This document shows, one piece after another, positions 49,151 through 61,700 of a stretch of 64,000 nucleotides of DNA; position 1 is the stretch's first letter; every line of letters begins with the position of its first letter. Below the pieces are notes generated by a model that worked only from the letters and a program-made list of their open reading frames with translations, had not been told where the DNA came from and ran no database searches. The DNA is from Podarcis muralis (lineage: Eukaryota), in assembly GCF_964188315.1 (NCBI RefSeq), contig NC_135663.1, forward strand, positions 19,530,001-19,594,000. The letters are read 5' to 3'. The position numbers were made by a program, and so were the translations under genes.

Positions 49151-49661
49151 TGCACTTCTTTGCCTGTAGTGGATGCAACAGGACACTTGTGCCACAATCC
49201 TATATTATTTATTATTGTTGTTATTTAAGTGTGGGGTGACTCTGGAGCCTGTGCATGGTTGTTATTTAAGTCAGATCACCTTCTTGGGAACTCATTGCCT
49301 GGCCCTGTGCTTGTGGCAGGGATAACATCACGACAGTAGGGCAATGGGGCATTTGTATAAGGCTGCAGCGATGTGAGTACCATCCCTGGGGAAGAGCATT
49401 GTGAAGACCTGGCAACACACCAGAAGACACCAAGCATTGCCAGGCTTGAACCTATAGGCTGTAGTGAGGCTCTTTGGTCTGGAGAAGGCTAATTTACACT
49501 CATTTCCTTTGGAATATAAAGAACTACTGCGTCAATAAAGTGGTTGACCAAAGGGGAGAACAAGAAACCTGAAAATGTTGTAAATAATGTTCCAAGGGGC
49601 TTCCAATGAAATACCCTGAAGTGATTGACAATGAAAGCATCTATTTATCATTCATCCATCC

Positions 49662-49687
49662 ATTGATTGATTGATTGATTGATTGAT
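49662..49687. repeat. (ATTG)6 microsatellite
   Basis: Seen directly. Confidence 0.9.
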
Positions 49688-49715
49688 CATTCTCCATTAT
49701 AGATACTAATTAGGA

Positions 49716-49969
49716 CAGGGGTCAGCAAACTTTTTCAGCAGGGGGCTGGTCCACTGTCCCTCATACCTGGGGGGGGGGCAGACTATATTGCGGGGGGGGG
49801 GGGGAATGAACGAATTCCTTTGCCCCACAAATAACCCAGAGATGCATTTTAAATAAAAGGACACATTCTACTCATGTAAAAACACGCTGAATCCCGGACC
49901 TTCAACGGGCCAGATTTAGAAGGCGATTGGGACAGATCCGGCCCCCAGGCCTTAGTTTGCCTACCCATG
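49716..49969. mobile_element. hAT MITE, same termini as 27003-27543 with a different interior
   Basis: CAGGGGTCAGCAAACT / AGTTTGCCTACCCATG with a perfect TSD AATTAGGA. Confidence 0.9.
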
Positions 49970-52900
49970 AATTAGGATAAGAATCTCCCCTTTAAACGTA
50001 TGCTGGAAAAGGAAGGTATTCAACAGACACCAGGGACAGCACCTGACTGATGTATTATGGACGAGAGACAAAGGGTAGGTGCAGGGGGCCTTCTCCTGCA
50101 GAGAGGAAGTGATTGGTTGGGATTATAAGGGACAGCATAATCCTTCAGTTCCAATATACCGGTATATTCTTCTCAGGATTTCTGCTTGGGGCAGTTGTAC
50201 ATTCTGCCTACTGAGTCAGGAAGAGCAAAACATTTATTTCTTGATTAGCTTTGTTGATCCTGTTGTCTGCCCAAAATACCTGCCTGTGATCCTTACAGCT
50301 GCTTTTAGGCCAGCTAATGTAAAAATGGATTACCTCAGTAATAATCAAAACCTGTCAACTATGCCTGCCTAGAGTGTTTGGTTTGCTTAGTGGACAAACA
50401 GAGCTAGAGGGGTTAAGATGCTTGCAAACAATTGTCAAAAGCCTATTATGTGGGTCACTGCATTGTGCTGTAATGCACAACTTCTTGTTCTGTACCTGTA
50501 GATGCTGCTGTGGCTTTAACCAATAAAAGCAAAATAAACTTGGCTAAACACGGCCTGATTTGACTTGGCAGCCTTGTTTGTGATGATTTTTTTTTGTAAA
50601 ATCCAGAGTCCATTCCAAGAGAATATGCATCTCCTAGGGAGCAAAACATTGAGCAGGTTCTCAAGAATACATTTTTGTTCTGAGTGGGCTCTGGTGACCT
50701 GCAAAGTTAGGCACATCGCGACTGCGTGTGCATTACCAGCTGAAAATGCAGCTAATCTGTTGTTTTTCTCAGATGGGATCTAAGCTTGTTTAGGAGGGGA
50801 AACATAGTGTTCCCTAATAAATTACAGGATAGATTTAGGATAGATTGTTGCTAAGGCTGTGATGGGTACAGAGTAAAAGGAGTGTGTACACAGCCTATGT
50901 GTAGGGCAGAAGCTTGTATCCTGTTTTTGTGTTTTTGAGATGAAAGACCTCCAGATTCTTGGACTACCCAATGCATGGCATTCCTCCTTTCACCATCAGT
51001 CAGCCCCCTGTTCGTTGCTCTCTATTTTCAATAGTCTGGGAGTCATGACCAGATGGCAGTATTGGTAGCAATTTTTAGACCCAGACAGTTTAAGGACTTG
51101 TTCCTAAGTCATGCATGAGGAGCGGACGGTTCCCCCCATCATTTTGCAGTTTACCAACCACGTAGACACTCCCCAATAACTTCCTGTTCCTTCAGTTACC
51201 ATGCAGTTCTTAGAGGTAACATCTGGAAGAAAGCCCTTTGTGATTCCAGCTATACTGTAATTGTAGCAATAGGGAAATGAAAAAAGGATCTTTGCTGCAA
51301 AGCTAACATTTGAATACGGAATGAGAAATGAATCTGGAATGGATGTGCAAATCTTTGTTTGTTGTGGAAGACAAAGTATTCCAAAGGAGTCAGAGGCTGA
51401 CCCACTGAACAAATTCAGAAAGTAGTGGAGATGAACTGTGATGGCCAGATAGAGCATTAATACCCAAAAGATAAAGACACTGAAAACTTGGACTTTTCCC
51501 AGCCATTAGAGGATTTCACCTTCTTCACTGGGTGCTTGTCTCCAAACACATCCATGTCCAAATACACCCTTTCCCCTTCTTTGCTCATGAAATAGGATGT
51601 TCCTTGATTTGTTTTTATTTTCCCCATATGCAAAAGAGTTCCAATTATGACAAACTTGGCTTTCTGAATGAACATGTATTTTTTTGTTTTACTAAATATA
51701 GTCAAATTGCTTGTCTGGAAAGTGTCCTTGAACTTTGATCTTACCTCTTGCTTGCTTAGATAGAGTGGGGTTTGTACAAAAACTAACATACACATTAGTT
51801 ATTCCAGGAGCAAAACTAGGCTTTATTTCAACCTAGGTCAAAGAACCAGTTTGGCACCCACACTCACACGTGTGTGTACACACACCCACACACACCCATA
51901 CAGGCTGAGAGCCTCAATGGTGCTCCTTTGGAGGCTTCAGCCAGGGCAAAAAACCTGGCTACGGCTCTAGTTATTCTGTCCATTTTTTATTCTAGCCCCA
52001 CGAAGGCTGCCCAGAAGGGAATGTGGACCTCAAACTGAAAATGTTTACTCACCCCTGCACCAGATTCAGTGTAGGAAGCCTCTTGTTTTCCTCTGTTGAG
52101 GGCCACGTTCTCTCATGGTTGGTCTGCTAGGAGTTCCATGCCAGTTCCATGAGTGGGGCTGAAGTCATTAGGAGGAAGAGCCAGAGCAAAACGTCTGTGG
52201 AGTCACCCTATCTTCCTCATTCTGTCTCTTTCTCTTCCTCCTCCTGGCCCAGCTGCAGTGCTGGGAAACAAATCACTCTTGCCAGAGATCTGACCTAATA
52301 GTTGGCAGATGCCCTTTCAAATTAGACTGAGGACTGCATGTGGTCCTAGGACCACAAGCTGCCCACCCCCTCAATGCTAGGCATTACCAGAGAAATGTAG
52401 GGAAGGTGATATGAGTTAGCAGGGGCCACAAATCCTCCCAAACATCTATTTAGGCCCTTAAGCTGGTTCTTAAAAGACTTATGCAATGGGAAAGCAGTTG
52501 GCTGTAGATACTTTTGTGTTCCTTTGCTGCATACAGTTTTCTGCAATTAACTGATCTCCTAAATGCACACCGTTTATGTAGTTCCCCACCACCATTTACA
52601 GAAGTGTAGAATAAAGCACTAGCCCTCTGCTCCCAATAATGTGCTGTTTTAATGTGCATGTGCAATATTACCACTTGTGGAATGCTTTCCCCTGGTGGCC
52701 TCGTTAACATCCTTTTGGTGCCAGGTAAAAATGTACATCTTCTCCCATCTAATCTGACAGGTTATGATGATTTTGCCATTTATTGATGGTATGTCTTTTG
52801 CTGCTGAAGTTTCTGCTGCTGTTCTACAGGGTCTGTTTTATAGATTATCATAAAAGCCATACAGTAACATATTGCTCTTTTTCTGATGTTATGTTACACT

Positions 52901-53269
52901 TTAAATTTTGCAAGTTGCTTGCAGATGCCTTATGTGGCAAGTGACTTATAAATCGAAACAGTAATAACAAGTTAATATATAAAGAAAAAACAAAGCACTC
53001 TACTTCTTCCAATGAGATTATCCCATATAAATCCCGATGGGAGTCCTCCTTTCTAGAATCCAAGTAGCTGAGAGTTACATTATGTGCCATCAAATAGCGA
53101 GAGAAAGGAATGGAAACAACTTTGTGCTACTATGTATGAATTGATTATTTTTTATATAATTGCTAAAGGCACCAAATGGAAACAAGTTTTTTTCAATACA
53201 ACCACGTGCCTTGGTTGGTATCTTGCAACCAAACTAGACTCTGGAGAGCAAGCAATGGTTACAGGCAAG

Positions 53270-53441
53270 CAGGGGTGCCAACTGGAATAAAATATGGGTG
53301 GGGGGCAGGTAACCACCACCCCACATAACTGATCACAAGACGCAGCACTATTTGAATGGAAATGCCCATCAACTTTGTGGAGGCCCAGCCCCCTCAATTA
53401 TTTTAGGGGGGGGGCTCGGTTCCTAGGAGTTGGCTCCTATG
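53270..53441. mobile_element. hAT MITE
   Basis: CAGGGGTGCCAACT / AGTTGGCTCCTATG termini with a perfect TSD CAGGCAAG. Confidence 0.85.
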
Positions 53442-53501
53442 CAGGCAAGAATGTGCTGGACCTGGACAAATTACAAGTATCTGCAAAGATTTGATCAGTT
53501 G

Positions 53502-53618
53502 CATGGGCGTAGCCAGGATTTTTTGGGGGGAGGGGGGGCAAAAACCGACGTGATTAAGTATTTCTATTGTTTTACTTGATCTTGGGGGGGGGGAGCTGCC
53601 CCCTTGGCTATGCCCATG
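53502..53618. mobile_element. Small hAT-like MITE
   Basis: TIR CATGGGCGTAGCC / GGCTATGCCCATG with a degenerate TSD. Confidence 0.7.
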
Positions 53619-53899
53619 ATAACCTGCCTATTCCTACTATAGATCACTTTTAAACTAGCATGCAACGTCGGATGGCAAAGTGACAATGAACCGACTTTGC
53701 CTACTGCCTAGTGGAGTTGAAAAAGCTCCTTATTTTTTCAACCTCCAGAATGGTTCTGTAATGTGACAGTGCTTTGTATATATTTTTCCACCGATTTAGT
53801 TTAAATGCTGTGCACCGATATCATCATTCATACACACGTCTCCATCCCTCTGTATTTTCAAGCAACTCTGCCTACGAAGTATTATAGAAACGGAGAGGG

Positions 53900-54830
53900 G
53901 TGATGTAGGACTGGGGGAATCCTGATTCTTAGCCGAGCCCTCGTTCTACCCAACGGCTTGCAATGCGCCCCCCCCCTCGCCTTCTCTAACCTGGCTTGTC
54001 CAAAGTTTAAGCCCCACTGGGTTCTCTGGGATGTACTCCCAGATAAATGCGCACAGCCTTCGCGAAACTCCCGAGCAAATCGGACGAGGCTGCTTTTGAG
54101 CTGCGCAATCGGAGCCCTGTTCCAAATTCGCTTCTCTCCCTCGTCGTGCCCTGCCGATGAAAGTCGATCCAGGCTCCCTCGCCCACTAGCACCGCCAGGG
54201 TCGAGAAACCTCAAATCGCGGAGGGTCAGGATGCTTTGAGATTTCTCTCCCCCGCAAGGCGCACAACCACTTGGCCACAGAAGCCCCGGATTCTCGCGCG
54301 TCGATCCCGCCTTAAATGCCTCCGCACGAGAGGCTTCCGCGCAGGCAGAGCAGCCCAGAGTGTGCCGGTGCGCCTGTCGGATAGATCGGAAGCAGGGCGC
54401 GAGAGCACGCCCGGTCCTCCCGTCCCTCGGCCTCTTGATCAAACGCAGGAGCCGAGGGCGAAGCCTCGGCAAAGGAACGCTGTGCCCAACGCCCGTACAG
54501 CCGAAGTAGTTTCGCGTTCCCGCAAGACACCAGCAAAACCCGAGCTGGATTCCTTGATCGGAATGGCGTCGCCATGTCCTGCAGTAGAAGCACGGCGAAA
54601 GAAGGTCGGCTCAGTTTGGGGGTCTCCCCCCTTTCCCAATAGGCTTCAGAGTGTGCTTGGTGTTCTTCGAGTGACGACAACAGCAGAGGGCAAGGATGGT
54701 AAAGGGAACCGAGAGCGGGGAAGGCGAATCACCTTGCCTTTGCCGGGAAAGAGGCTCCTGCGGAGCAGACTTACCCGAAGGGCAAAAAAGAAGACTGCTG
54801 GGAAGTTTCCCGAGCCTTTCACACAGGTGT
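53900..54830. promoter_or_regulatory. Second (orphan) CpG island about 7 kb upstream of UNC5C exon 1
   Basis: About 0.9 kb of dense CpG with no TIR, TSD, poly-A or recognisable TE or protein motif. Confidence 0.7.
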
Positions 54831-57734
54831 AGTGAGTCTTTAGCCTTCCAGGTGCTGCTGAACTTAAACTCCCATCAGCCCCAGCAGACAAGGCCAATAC
54901 TCAGGGATGATGGGTGTTGTAGTTTAGCACCATCTAGAGAGTCAAAGGTTTCCCACACCTGCGTTTAACAGCTCCTTCGCAATTGGAAATCCAACACGTG
55001 CTGCTCTGCCTAGCAAGGGAAAATATTGTGCTATTTGTTACATTATTTGCAGCTGCAGTTTTGCTGCTGCATCAGAGGTAGGGAACCTCAGATCGAGGGG
55101 ATCAATGTGGCCCTCTAATCCTCTTTATCTAGCTCTCAGGAATCTCTGCATTCCATGCCATCTACACATAATCTCTCCTTTAGTCTTGCTTTGCACCTTC
55201 CATGAGTGATTTTGCCTGGCTGGAATGTGCCCCTGAACTCTGGGGACACCTCTTTCTTCTCCGGGTGGAGGCTCAATACGGGTGTGAGACAGCTGTGCAT
55301 AGAAACTAGCCTACTATGTGAAGGTAAAAATTATCCTTGTTGCTCTGTTCACTTTTGCCTTTGGCCCCACTCACCACTGGTCTATGGCCCATGGGAGATT
55401 GCCCAAAAGGGAAAGTGATCCTCACCTCCCCACTCCACTTGGCCATAAAATGTTCCCTCTCCTGTGGTATATGAAGTCCCGCCAGAAGAAAGAAGAGCTA
55501 TTGTTGTGAAATCATTAAGATTTTGATGCCCAAATGTCACTTCAACCACTTATTCACTAGATGGCTGCCCTTAGGCAGTCAGGGATAATAATGCTAAGAC
55601 ACTTTGAAGGGTTTGAAGACTTATTACCATCATCACTATCATTATTGACTAACAGCAGTCTTCAGCTTCCATTTCTTAAGTAACCAAGATTTCACCACAC
55701 ACACAAAAGAGATACAGTTTGGGCAAACTCCAGGGAACCCCAAGCCTTGCTGAACCACAAAGCATCTTTAACTTCCCCTTAAGTGGGGAAGCTTCTCAAA
55801 ACAGTCTCAAGACTGAACATGCTTGGTAGCTGTCTGATGCTTGGGTGACACTGAAAACCCACTGAAAAATGGGTTGGTGGTAGTGGTGGTGGAATGGCCT
55901 GGTCGGAATACTGACATTTTCCCCAACCAGAAGTCATTTTTGTATGTGTGTGTGGGGGGGGGAGGGAGTATGTTTGTTTTGCAAGAGTTCCAAATAAACT
56001 TTAATTGAGCCACTTAAATTTGTTGTGTGATTGAGTTCCACCCCAAAATAGTCTGGAAGTACCTTCAATCCATTCACACATCGTTAATCATTACTTTTTG
56101 AGGAAGAAAAATGGTACTTTAAGTGTTGTCAGGATTGCAGTTACCTCGCAGTAAGTGCCACTTAACTCAGTGGGTCTTACTTTTGAGGCTATATATATAA
56201 GATCAGGCTGAGCCTGTATGGAATAACCTAGGGCCTATCCAAATGGCCATTTGTTAAGGCTGGAACAGGTCTCTCTCATGACTCTGCAACTCAGTTTTAT
56301 GCAGGGACATTTTCAAATATCCACTTAGGCATCCATGAAATCTACACAATCACATTCCACACAGCCAACACAATAGCTATCTATATCACATTTTCCAAGA
56401 TACAGAGCTCTATGCTTTGGTCAGAAAATGTGATACACATAGAAAAGTATTGTGCAGGAAGATAAAGACTGATGACTTTGCATCAGCATGCATGCAATAT
56501 TCATATGGATCTCTACTGGGAGATACAGTCCATCTTTTTGAGACAGGAGACTGGTAATTATGAGTATCATGATGCGTATACAATAGCCTAAACATAAAGT
56601 TCCTGGTAAAGACATAATAATGACATCATTAAAAAACATTATGCATTAATGCATAATATGTAACAAAAATCAAAATCACCATAAAAGCATAATGAAAACA
56701 GTGTTCAGAAAAATCAAAGGTGTATATCCTGTGTGTGGTACATTTTGTTATGCCTCATAATAATGAGAAATAGGTATGAGCACAGGTCAAATAGTTAACC
56801 TAACTTCCATTTTTGGAAGCCAGACATGTTCTTTGAGTTTAGATGTGTTCCATGTATGCCTTATTCCTCATAGTACTCTCAGTGTGTATTAATGACTTGT
56901 CCCAAAGTACAGTTGTCACCCATGGCTAAGCCTAAGGGCCTACCCTAAAATCTCAAAGCCACCTCACATCTAACTTTTTTCCCTTCAAGGGTGTAGGAAA
57001 ATGTGTCACGCGTACCTGGGATTTTCCATTGTCCGTGGCTATTTACATGATGGGGTTCATAAATATACATTTCCCTCCCTGCTCCTCTCTACACTCAGAT
57101 ATAGGGAGAATGTTACGCATGAAGAGACTTCCCAAGGCCTAAGGTGAAAGTCTTGAGGAGACCCAAAGCCCAGTTTCACAGTATCCTGGAACAGATCTCT
57201 TTCCTGTCTGTCTCAATCAGGTCCAGAAGACTTTGTGAGCATTTGCTGCTTCAGGACCTCAAGTGAATAAATATGTATAAAGTCAACTAGAATGACACAA
57301 AGAGCATGGGCCAGATGGGCCAGATGGCTTCGGGCAGAATATGACTCGATCTGACATAGGGTATTTCCTTAGGGCCTCGGTAAGCCATTTTCCATCTTTG
57401 AAGTTTGTCTCTCTGCGTGTGATAATAGGTACTAGACAGAGGATGAGCAAGGTCTGAGTAATGTGTAGTGGGATCCAGCAAGTTGTCAGTGCTCCGCTGG
57501 ATGCTAATGCTGATAACAGGAATCATTGACCAAATAGCTTGTCCTCTCAGGAGAAACACTGTGTGAATCATTATTAGCAAGGGAACACACAAGCATTTAT
57601 TCTGCTTATACTGGGGAGTTCAAGCAGCTGACGTTAAGTTTCTAACTTGTATTGCTTATGAAAGATCTTAATGCTGAAGTGGAGAAGGATGACGTATTTG
57701 GTACAGTGTCGTCCAGTTCTTCTTTCGTAGAGCA

Positions 57735-57905
57735 CCTGTGTGGTGTAGTGGTTAGAGTGTCATCCTAGGACTTGAGAGACTGGGGTTCAAACCCCTACCC
57801 AGCTATGAAACTCACTGGATGGGACAGTCACTATCTCTCAGGTGGTTGTGAGGATGAAAATGAAAGGAGGTCCATGGATGCTGCTGTGAGCCCCTCAGAG
57901 GAATA
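57735..57905 (+). mobile_element. tRNA-derived (MIR/Squam-like) SINE
   Basis: GTGGTGTAGTGGTTAGAGTG...GGGGTTCAAACCCC A/B boxes followed by a core-like body. Confidence 0.65.
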
Positions 57906-58448
57906 TAATGCAGTAATGAATAATGCAGTGTAAATAAACTTAAAAGGAGAATACTATTGAGATTCCCTCTGTTTCTCCTGCACCACCTCTGCTGGATATG
58001 TCACCCTACATAACACGTATGATTTACTGTTTTCATTTCACTGGGAGGCTATTAAAAGTGACTGACCCACAAGAAGGGGAGAAGGACCTTCTCTTTGGCT
58101 CCTTACTTCTATCATTTAGGGCTTAGAGCACTGTCTTACTAATGTTATCTCACGCCGTAAAACAAAAAAATGCAGGAAATGCAAATCAGAGGATTAGAAA
58201 CCTGGGTACCTTGTGCATTTCTCTTAATCAGAGACAGGTCAGGAAGATTCACATTTGACTTGAGATCATGGTTGGCCTTATAGTGAATTAGCTTTGATGA
58301 AGACTTGGGAGTCTGAGAAGGGCAGCATATGGTGGGTTATCTGATGTATTATTTTTGCATTTTTACTGTCAGGGTACTTGAAGAGGTACTTGAAGGTTTT
58401 TCTGCTTCAGGTACCAAAGTAACCTGGCTAGCTTTGGATACTATGGAC

Positions 58449-58584
58449 CAGGCTTCCTCAGACTCTGCCCTCCAGATGTTTTTGGCCTACAACTCCCATA
58501 ACCCCTAGCTAGCAGGACCAGTGATCAGGGATGATGGGAACTGTAGTCTCAAAACATCCGGAGGGCCGAGTTTGAGGAAGCCTG
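58449..58584. mobile_element. Palindromic hAT-type MITE
   Basis: TIR CAGGCTTCCTCA / TGAGGAAGCCTG with long inverted arms. The TSD is not clear. Confidence 0.8.
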
Positions 58585-58949
58585 CCATTACTAGAGGGAA
58601 GGGTGCTATTTGCTCCCTTGCCTCAAGCACCAAAATGTCTTGGCTAGGAAGCTGCTCATGGGACCCATGGTTCTGTACAGTTTCCAAAACATCCTAGCTG
58701 TATCTGCTACATTTAAGGCATGGTCAGGCATTTGTCTGAACGATACCTCTGTATCTCTGGACAGGGATTGGGACACACTCACAAACTCAGCTACTTAACA
58801 TCCAACAGGGAGATAAAATTTGTTTAGCCTTTTAAAAAACAATGTTCATGGAAATCTACTTTCATGGGGAACTGCAAAATTCAGATATTAAGAAATAATT
58901 TTTAAGAAAATAATTTATTTTATTTTAAATATGTACAGCTTTTCATTAT

Positions 58950-59185
58950 CAAATTCCACAGTAGTTTACAAGATACAGTACATTAAACAGTATGTATATA
59001 ACTAGCAAGAACTCAGAGAGCGAAAACAGCAAACCACAGCAGAACAATATAAAGCAATATTACTAAAAGCTAGGTATTTGAACCAGCAAGAGTTGTTGAA
59101 AAAGGTATGGCTGTAACAGATCCAAAAGACAGCTAAGGGAGTCCATAGACTGGGTGCCATAACAGGGAAGGTGCTCCCCCACTTG
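58950..59185 (-). mobile_element. Old L2 3' fragment
   Basis: The minus strand reads GSTFPVMAPSLWTPL (AFSV.AP.LWN.L-like) plus a T-rich tail. Confidence 0.55.
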
Positions 59186-59224
59186 TGCAAGATGTATACT
59201 GACTACCAGTTAGTTTCTAGGCTT

Positions 59225-59830
59225 AATTCAAACTGCTGGTTTTGACCTATTAAGCCCTAAAGGGCCCAGTACCACAATACCTCAAGGACCGCCTCTCCCC
59301 AAATAAACTGTCTTGGACTCTGTGATCATCATTTGAGGTCTTTTTTCATGTGCCTCCTTCATAAGAGGTCTGGAGGGTGGCAACATGAGAACAGGCCTTT
59401 TCTGTGGTTGCTCCTTGTTTGTGGAGTGCTCTTCCCTGGGAGGTCCACCTGGTGCCTTCATTATACAGTGGTACCTCTAGTTGCGTTCACCTCTGGTTAC
59501 GTATCCTTTGGGATACATACACGGCAAACCCAGAAGTATTTTTCCGGGTTTCGCCACGCGCACATGCGCAGAAGTGGCACCTCCAGTTGCGAATTCCTCG
59601 GGATGCGGCCAGAGCTCCAGAATGGATCCCATTCGCAACTGGAGGTACCACTGTATATTTTCAGGCAGCAAGCAAAAATGTTCTTCTATAACCAGGCCTT
59701 GGGCTGTTTAAATAATCAATGGCCTTTTAAACGTGTTTATGGGAGCAGCATCGTTGGTTTTTTGTTTGTTTGTTGCTATGCTGTTATGTATTTTGCGTTT
59801 GCATTTTGCATTTTGCTCTGTGAACTCAAA
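59225..59830 (+). mobile_element. L2 3' fragment interrupted by a MITE
   Basis: RAFSVVAPCLWSALPWEVHLVPSL | FRQQAKMFFYNQA continues across the MITE. Confidence 0.75.
59466..59653. mobile_element. Tc1/mariner (Tigger/pogo-like) MITE
   Basis: TIR CAGTGGTACCTC / GAGGTACCACTG with TA TSDs. Confidence 0.9.
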
Positions 59831-59968
59831 CCCTCCAACATTTCTCCAATGAAAATTGGGACATCCTAAGGAAAAGTGGGACATTCTGGGATCAAATCAG
59901 AAACTTCTGATGTAGCTTCTCTAAATCAGGGATGTCACTGGAAAATAGGGGCACTTGGAGGGTCTGTG
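59826..59968 (-). mobile_element. MITE arm, same family as 36000-36143
   Basis: CAAACCCTCCAACATTTCTC...GGCACTTGGAGGGTCTG, the reverse complement of the 36 kb copy. Confidence 0.65.
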
Positions 59969-59976
59969 GATGCAGG

Positions 59977-59980
<4 letters not shown>

Positions 59981-60020
<40 letters not shown>
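59981..60020. repeat. (TG)n microsatellite
   Basis: Seen directly. Confidence 0.95.
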
Positions 60021-61133
60021 TATCAATGTTGGATGGAGCAACAGGTGGGTCTGATCTGTAGATCTCAGTGAATGGGAAAATTCCATGTGCAAAGGAAAGC
60101 ATATGGAATTATCATGGCTCATTCTTGGGGCAATTTCCTCTCACCCTCAGATTCTTCCTTCAAGTCCATTGCCTTGTCTGCTGAAAAGAGGAAATTGGAT
60201 ACTAAAATTGTGATACTGCTGTGTTGGCTCAACCTCAGTTGGGACATTGGCTCATATGGGTTCTTTAAGTGTCTTGCAGGCGAAGGCTGAATCATATGCA
60301 CATCTTCTGCGGGAAGTCCCACTGGAAATATTGGGACTTACTTCTGTGTTTAAGCATGCAGGGAAAGACCTACAATGTAGACCCCTGTGGTTAATTGAAG
60401 GAAAGACACTATTTACATACAAATTATAACGAAATCATGAACTGGGCATTAAAATAAGTCAGCAGTCCCACTTCTGTTTACTGGGAACTTTTATCCATAA
60501 AAACCAATCGGACTTACATCCAATAAAATATGCACAGAATGGGAGCTTTAATGTGAACTTAATTGATACTCTTCATTCAGAAAATAAACACAGGACAAAG
60601 CTTGCCCCCTAATTCATTTTGCCCTTTCTGCCCATCCCCCACCATTCCCCCCACAACTGGTGCTACAATTACTCGGTGGAAACTTGGAAATCTACAACTT
60701 TCCTGGGATTTAGAAGGTACGATCAATCTTTCCTAATAACCTTTGGTTGGTTTTCTGACTAGTTCTCTTTTATTATGTTTTATTGCATTGGTATTTGTAT
60801 CTAGTATTCTGTTTTATAGTGCTTTTATTATTTGGCTACACGTTTGAACTTCAGAAAAGCAGTTTATAAATCTCTTATATCAATAAATAATAATTCACTG
60901 GGAATTAAGTCTGAGTAAACACACTTAGGATTGAGTTCTAAGTCAGCCAAAAACATTTTCTCCATTTTTATTGCCAGGTTTATGGAACCCAAGTTCTCAA
61001 GAACATCAAACCGTATATCATCATTTCTTATGAAAATATGCATCAGTGGCCTATATGCTTCCATCTCTTACCACCACCTGGACATTCTAGGCTGACTTGG
61101 TCAACATTTTAATGGTATGTGGATATATTTCAT

Positions 61134-61230
61134 AGAAGCATAGAATTATAGAGTTGGAAGGGACCCAATCTAGTCCAACCCCCTGCAATGCAGGAATCTC
61201 AGCTAAAGCATCCATGACAGATGGCCATTC
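61134..61230 (-). mobile_element. CR1 3' end
   Basis: CATAGAATTATAGAGTTGGAAGGGACCC...TCTAGTCCAACCCCCTGCAATGCAGG. Confidence 0.8.
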
Positions 61231-61329
61231 ATATATACAAAATTATTGTCCCCTCAATTATAGTCTTCTTTCAACAGAAATACTTCTAGGATCAGTGTGG
61301 GGATATATTTTGTTATTGTTGAAAATTTT

Positions 61330-61700
61330 TATATTTCTATGGCACCTTTTAGGATGAAAGCTCTTTCAAGGTGGGTTACATCCAAAAACACACACATGAA
61401 ACTACACAATCACATTCCAATAAAATACAGTTTTCTAAAAAGCACATTAAAAACATTTCACAATCCAGAAACACAGTCAAATAAACCTAGATTAAACAAT
61501 TTAAGAGATTTAACACTTAGTACCAATACAAACCAATAAATCTCTGCATCTCAACTAAAAGCAGCTTGAAATAAATAGGTTTTCAAGCTCTCTCTCTTTT
61601 TTTGAAAGTCAGTAATGATGGAACCACATGTGTATATCTCATGGGAAGGAGTTCCATATAAGTGGGACCACCACTGAAAAGGCTTTGATCCTGAATACAT
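61330..61700 (-). mobile_element. Old L2 3' fragment
   Basis: Reverse L2 tail plus GGGAAGGAGTTCCATA...CCACCACTGAAAAGGC (AFS...LWNSLP in reverse). Confidence 0.55.

Noticed and set aside
49217-49560. 14-bp direct repeat (GTTGTTATTTAAGT x2) and an LTR-like stretch with TATAAG and AATAAA
   Set aside because: There are no clear TG...CA ends or 4-6-bp TSD. The repeat is AT-rich and probably a small local duplication.
51104-51795. Two adjacent 112-117-aa minus-strand ORFs
   Set aside because: No recognisable domain, splice signals or TE motifs; consistent with random ORFs.
53882-54968. Several ~200-aa ORFs in the second CpG island
   Set aside because: The same GC artefact: ORFs occur on both strands with no recognisable protein family.
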